DNA of 42,812 nucleotides from NCBI GenBank assembly GCA_023395775.1, contig JAEWYA010000244.1, forward strand, positions 1 to 42,812, read 5' to 3'. Positions 38,753 to 42,812 of the stretch are shown here, piece by piece. This stretch comes from Bacillota bacterium. GTDB lineage: Bacteria; Bacillota; Clostridia; Oscillospirales; Oscillospiraceae. Position 1 is the stretch's first letter; each line of letters begins with the position of its first letter. A program made the position numbers and the translations under genes. Under the pieces are notes generated by a model, which searched no databases, was not told where the DNA came from, and was given only the letters and a program-made list of their open reading frames with translations.

Positions 38753-38866
38753 ACCTACAATCTTTGGTAATTTTAGACAAATTACCTTGCCAAATACCCC
38801 AAAATAGAATATACTATTTTCTGGCTGACCGGGTATGGATATGTATTCGGGGAAAGGCGGAAGGGT

Positions 38867-41800
38867 ATGGGCGGCAGGCGTAGAAAATCCAATACAGCAA
38901 GGCAAAGAGCGATGGGTCTATCGCTCTTTGCCCTGTTGCTATTTTTATGCGCTACTTCGGCCCGCGCCGTGGATGGCGGCCATCAGGTCCTGTACATCAG
39001 CGCCTACTCCTATGAGCTTGAAAGCGTTCCCGTTCAGCTGGATGCCGTTGCCAAAGCCCTGAGTAGCGAAGCCAGCGTAAAATATCTCTTTATGGATACC
39101 CGCAACCAGAGCGAGCGGGCGGCGTCGCAGGAGCTGTGCCGCCGGCTGGATACATGGAAGCTGCTGCCCACCATCGATGCGGTAATCGTCAGCGGCGACG
39201 CGGCGCTGCAATTTGCCATGGACTATCAGGACGAGTATTTTGCCGGGCTGCCCATCCTCTTTTTGGATGTCCGCCAGCCCCTGTTGGCTGCCACTGCCGC
39301 GCAGAACGAACTGATCTCCGGCGCTGAGAGCGCCGTGCCCTTTCGGGAGACGATCTCTCTGGCGGCGCAGCTTTATCCGAATGCCAGACAGGTGGTCTGC
39401 ATTGGAGACGGTACCGATGCGGCACGTGGAATGATGGGGACATTTTACTGTCTGGAAAGTACCTTTCCGCAGCTTGATTTTAAGAGCCTGGATCTGGGGG
39501 AGACGCCCCGAAGCGGGATTCAAAAGCTGCTGGCGGAATACGGGAGTGAGACGATCCTCATCTATGCCCAGGTGAGCCATGACGGCAGCGGAAATATATA
39601 CAGCGATCTGCAGGCGGCAGAAATGCTGACGGCAATGACTTCGCTTCCTATTTTTTCTGCCAACGCCGCAAGCCTTGGCACCGGCTTTTTGGGCGGGTGT
39701 GTGATTTCGCCGGAAGACATGGCCTATCAGGTAGGGCAGTATGCTGGCCGGATTCTGGACGGCGAGGCGTCCTCCGCGGATGTGGGTCTTTTGAAAATGC
39801 CGGTGATCACCCGGTTCGATAAGCGCGTGATGGACCGGTGCGGGATCATGCGGAGCAGTCTGCCCGGGGATACGGAATATCTCAACGACCCCGTTCGTGA
39901 CGCCGTCCTCCAATATAAGCGAGTGCTTCTTGGCGGCGTGGGCGCCTTTGCGCTGCTTATCGCGCTTCTTGCCATGCTGCTGCGGGACAACCACAGACGC
40001 AGGGCGCTGATTTGCAAGGTACAGGAGCGGGAGCGTCAGCTCCAGAATGTCATGGATCTGGTGCCGGGCGGTATTTGCTCATTTCGGGTGGACGAAGGCG
40101 ATCATTTTGAAATGATCCATTTTAACACGGCCTTTTATCAGTTGCTGGGATACCCCGCACCACCGGAGGACGAAAACGCCAATCTGCTGCAAAACATTCA
40201 CCCCGACGATCGGGAGTCCTTTGAGGAGCAGATTTGCCTTTGCCGGCAGGGCGTGGAAAATATTCAGCAGACCTTTCGGATCCTGCGGCACGACGGAGCC
40301 TATATCTGGATGTCCTTGCAGGCGTCTTTGGCACAGGAGGAAAACGGCAGCCGGACTTATTACGGCGTATTCAGCGATGTGGATGCGCTGAAGCGCCTGC
40401 AGGAGCATCTGGAGCAGGACGAGCGCACGCTGCAGACAGCCATGGACCATGCCAATGTGGACTATTGGATCTACGATCCCCAGCGGCATACCTTGCACCA
40501 GAGCAAACGTGCCTGCGAGCTGTTCGGCCTGCCGGAGGAGATGACGGATTATCCGCAGTCCTGGTTTATCCATCAGATTACCTTTGAAGAGGATGTGCCG
40601 AAGCTGCGAAAGGCGCTTGCGACAATCGACCAGGGCGGAGAACACGCCGTCTGCGAGGTGCGGGAGCATCTTCCGAACGGCAAGGAGCAATGGGTCGAGA
40701 TCAGGATGACCTCCCTGTACGACACGGAGGGAAATCGGACAAAGGTGTTCTGTACCAGTTTGGTATGCACGCAGCGCCATCGGGAGATGGAGCGGTATGA
40801 GCGGCAGAATCAGCGCATCCGGGCGCTGTTGCCCAACGCGGTGGCATCCGTTCAGATGAATCTGACGAAAAACACCTGTATACCCGGACCTTCCCTGTAT
40901 CCGGAGCTGCTGGCGGGAATTGACAGAACCGCGGACGCCGCGTTTCAGAGGATGAGGAGCCGCGCGATTACGGCAGAGCAGGCCGACGCATTCGGCGCCC
41001 GTATCAGCCGGCAGGCGATGTTGGACGCCTATGAGCGGGGTACCTCGCTGCTGACCTATGAACGGAACTGCTGGGTCAATGGAGTCCGCCGCTGGCTAAC
41101 GGTGCGGGCGGACATCACCAGAAATCCTGTTACCGGCGATGTGGAGGCAAACATTTATTCGTTTGACATCGACGACCAAAAATTCATGGAGCAGATTATG
41201 AATACTGTAATCCGCCGGGAATATCTGATGATTTTGCGGATTGACCTGACGGCGGATACCGCCCGTGTTTTTTCCTCTCAGGACGGGCAGAATTCGATTC
41301 ATGAGATCGGGCGGGCAGAGGCGTCCATTCTGGACGCCGTCCAGGACTCCTATGCGGGCGACGAACTGGGGGACACGCTGGATCGCCTGCGCTTCAAGGA
41401 AATACGCATCCAGTTGGAGAAAAACGCGGAGTATGTGGTGTATGCCGACTGCCGCAACAGCTCCGGAAACGTCCGGCGGTTGCGCTACTCCTTCGTCTGG
41501 CTGGACAGGCGCGGCAGCTTAGTCTGCTGCACCGTGACCGATGCCACAGACGTCTTTGCCAGGGAACGCCGCCGGAGTGAGGCGCTGCGTTCCGCGTTGG
41601 AGGAGGCTCGGCGGGCCAATCAGGCAAAGAGCGAGTTTCTCTCCCGCATGAGCCACGAGATACGCACGCCTATGAACGCCATACTGGGACTGACCCAGCT
41701 GGCGCGGGAGGATGCCGAAACTCCGGACGTGGTGGAAATGATGGAAAAGATTCAGGTTTCCGGCGAGTATCTGCTGGGACTCATCAACGATGTGCTTGAC

Positions 41801-42754
41801 ATGAGCCGGATTGAATCGGGTCGCATTGAGCTGCACCCTGAAAATGTGAATGTGCAGACGATGTATAAGACAATCCGGGATCTGATGCTCCCCCGCATGG
41901 AGGAAAAGCACATCCGGTTCCGGATGGATACCAGTGGGGTGACCACGCCGTATGTGGTGATCGACCGACTGCGCATCCAACAGGTGTACGTCAATATCCT
42001 GAGCAATGCCATCAAGTTTTCCGAACCGGGCTCGGAGATTTCCTGCACGGTGAGTCATGTTCCCTGCGGAGAGGACAAGATCACCAGCACCATTGTTTTC
42101 CGAGACCAAGGCTGCGGCATGAGTCAGGAATTTTTGAACCGGGTGTTCGATCCCTTTGAGCAGGAGGCCAACGGCTACCAGAACCCCCAGCTGGGTACGG
42201 GACTGGGCCTGGCCATTGTGAAAAATCTGGTGGAGCATATGGACGGCACGGTAAGCGTCAAAAGCGAGCTGGGAAAGGGCAGTGAATTTACCGTGCGGAT
42301 CACGGTGCCCAGAGGCCATCCGTTCGATGAACCCGAGAAAAAGACTCCCGAAACCGAAGCCCAGACTAGTCTGAAAGGAAAGCGGATTCTTTTGGCGGAG
42401 GATCACCCGGTCAATACGGAGATTGCAAAAAAGATGCTTTGCCGTCACGGGTTGTTGGTGGACCACGCTGAGGACGGACGGGCGGCGCTGGACTGCTATC
42501 TGAACGCGGACGCATGGCATTACGACGCAATTTTAATGGATATTCGAATGCCGGTGATGAACGGCTTTGACGCGACAAAGGCCATTCGCACCTCCGGGCG
42601 GCCCGACGCCGGGAGTATCCCTATCATCGCCATGACGGCCAACGCCTTTGAAAGCGACCGTCAGGAGACCCGCGCGGCGGGGATGAACGCGCATCTTTCC
42701 AAGCCGGTGCGGCAGGAGGAGCTGTTGAACATGCTGCGAAAATTCCTAAAATAA
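38867..42754 (+). CDS. Hybrid sensor histidine kinase/response regulator (extracellular binding-protein-like domain, PAS domains, HisKA, HATPase, REC)
   Basis: Two TM segments; PAS motifs IHPDDR and DGAYIW; H-box FLSRMSHEIRTPMNAI; NILSNAIKFS; DQGCGM; GTGLGLAI; REC motifs AEDH, ILMDIRMP and LSKP. Confidence 0.95.
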   Translation: MGGRRRKSNTARQRAMGLSLFALLLFLCATSARAVDGGHQVLYISAYSYELESVPVQLDAVAKALSSEASVKYLFMDTRNQSERAASQELCRRLDTWKLLPTIDAVIVSGDAALQFAMDYQDEYFAGLPILFLDVRQPLLAATAAQNELISGAESAVPFRETISLAAQLYPNARQVVCIGDGTDAARGMMGTFYCLESTFPQLDFKSLDLGETPRSGIQKLLAEYGSETILIYAQVSHDGSGNIYSDLQAAEMLTAMTSLPIFSANAASLGTGFLGGCVISPEDMAYQVGQYAGRILDGEASSADVGLLKMPVITRFDKRVMDRCGIMRSSLPGDTEYLNDPVRDAVLQYKRVLLGGVGAFALLIALLAMLLRDNHRRRALICKVQERERQLQNVMDLVPGGICSFRVDEGDHFEMIHFNTAFYQLLGYPAPPEDENANLLQNIHPDDRESFEEQICLCRQGVENIQQTFRILRHDGAYIWMSLQASLAQEENGSRTYYGVFSDVDALKRLQEHLEQDERTLQTAMDHANVDYWIYDPQRHTLHQSKRACELFGLPEEMTDYPQSWFIHQITFEEDVPKLRKALATIDQGGEHAVCEVREHLPNGKEQWVEIRMTSLYDTEGNRTKVFCTSLVCTQRHREMERYERQNQRIRALLPNAVASVQMNLTKNTCIPGPSLYPELLAGIDRTADAAFQRMRSRAITAEQADAFGARISRQAMLDAYERGTSLLTYERNCWVNGVRRWLTVRADITRNPVTGDVEANIYSFDIDDQKFMEQIMNTVIRREYLMILRIDLTADTARVFSSQDGQNSIHEIGRAEASILDAVQDSYAGDELGDTLDRLRFKEIRIQLEKNAEYVVYADCRNSSGNVRRLRYSFVWLDRRGSLVCCTVTDATDVFARERRRSEALRSALEEARRANQAKSEFLSRMSHEIRTPMNAILGLTQLAREDAETPDVVEMMEKIQVSGEYLLGLINDVLDMSRIESGRIELHPENVNVQTMYKTIRDLMLPRMEEKHIRFRMDTSGVTTPYVVIDRLRIQQVYVNILSNAIKFSEPGSEISCTVSHVPCGEDKITSTIVFRDQGCGMSQEFLNRVFDPFEQEANGYQNPQLGTGLGLAIVKNLVEHMDGTVSVKSELGKGSEFTVRITVPRGHPFDEPEKKTPETEAQTSLKGKRILLAEDHPVNTEIAKKMLCRHGLLVDHAEDGRAALDCYLNADAWHYDAILMDIRMPVMNGFDATKAIRTSGRPDAGSIPIIAMTANAFESDRQETRAAGMNAHLSKPVRQEELLNMLRKFLK

Positions 42755-42812
42755 TGGCAGCTGCTTGAAAAGTTGATTTCAACGTGCGCAGGGGAACCTT
42801 TCAGGGAAAGGT

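Overview
GC-rich Firmicutes chromosome segment, most likely Oscillospiraceae/Clostridia (inferred from gene content and codon style), made mostly of housekeeping and sporulation genes. In order: a secreted CAP/SCP-domain protein; a LacI regulator divergent from an L-arabinose operon (YtfQRT/YjfF-type ABC transporter plus araBAD); abrB; spmAB; cdd; a polysaccharide-deacetylase lipoprotein; nifS-nifU; a two-gene DUF4183 locus; an orphan membrane protein; an AT-rich diguanylate cyclase; a NiaR-type repressor with a PTS-EIIC-2/PfoR-family membrane protein; rplM-rpsI; yaaL-bofA; tadA; an AT-rich DUF2935 gene; spoIIID; the L7Ae-rpsL-rpsG-fusA-tuf operon; ssnA-ygfK; a hemolysin-III protein; and a large hybrid histidine kinase. 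No rRNA, intact tRNA, CRISPR array, transposase or integrase was seen. Four leads stand out. (1) The ssnA-ygfK leader (37805-37914, minus strand) has mutually exclusive P1, antiterminator and terminator stems, the layout of a transcriptional OFF riboswitch on anaerobic purine/urate catabolism genes. (2) The DUF4183 pair (17451-19294) looks like a collagen-free endospore-appendage system: a single-domain subunit plus a Cys-rich coat-like domain fused to three DUF4183 repeats spaced exactly 91 aa apart. (3) A NiaR mini-regulon has four TGTC-NN-GACA boxes and a 52-bp palindrome. (4) The DUF2935 gene is bracketed by degenerate direct repeats and a tRNA 5' fragment. Family names come from motif recognition by eye, with no database search.
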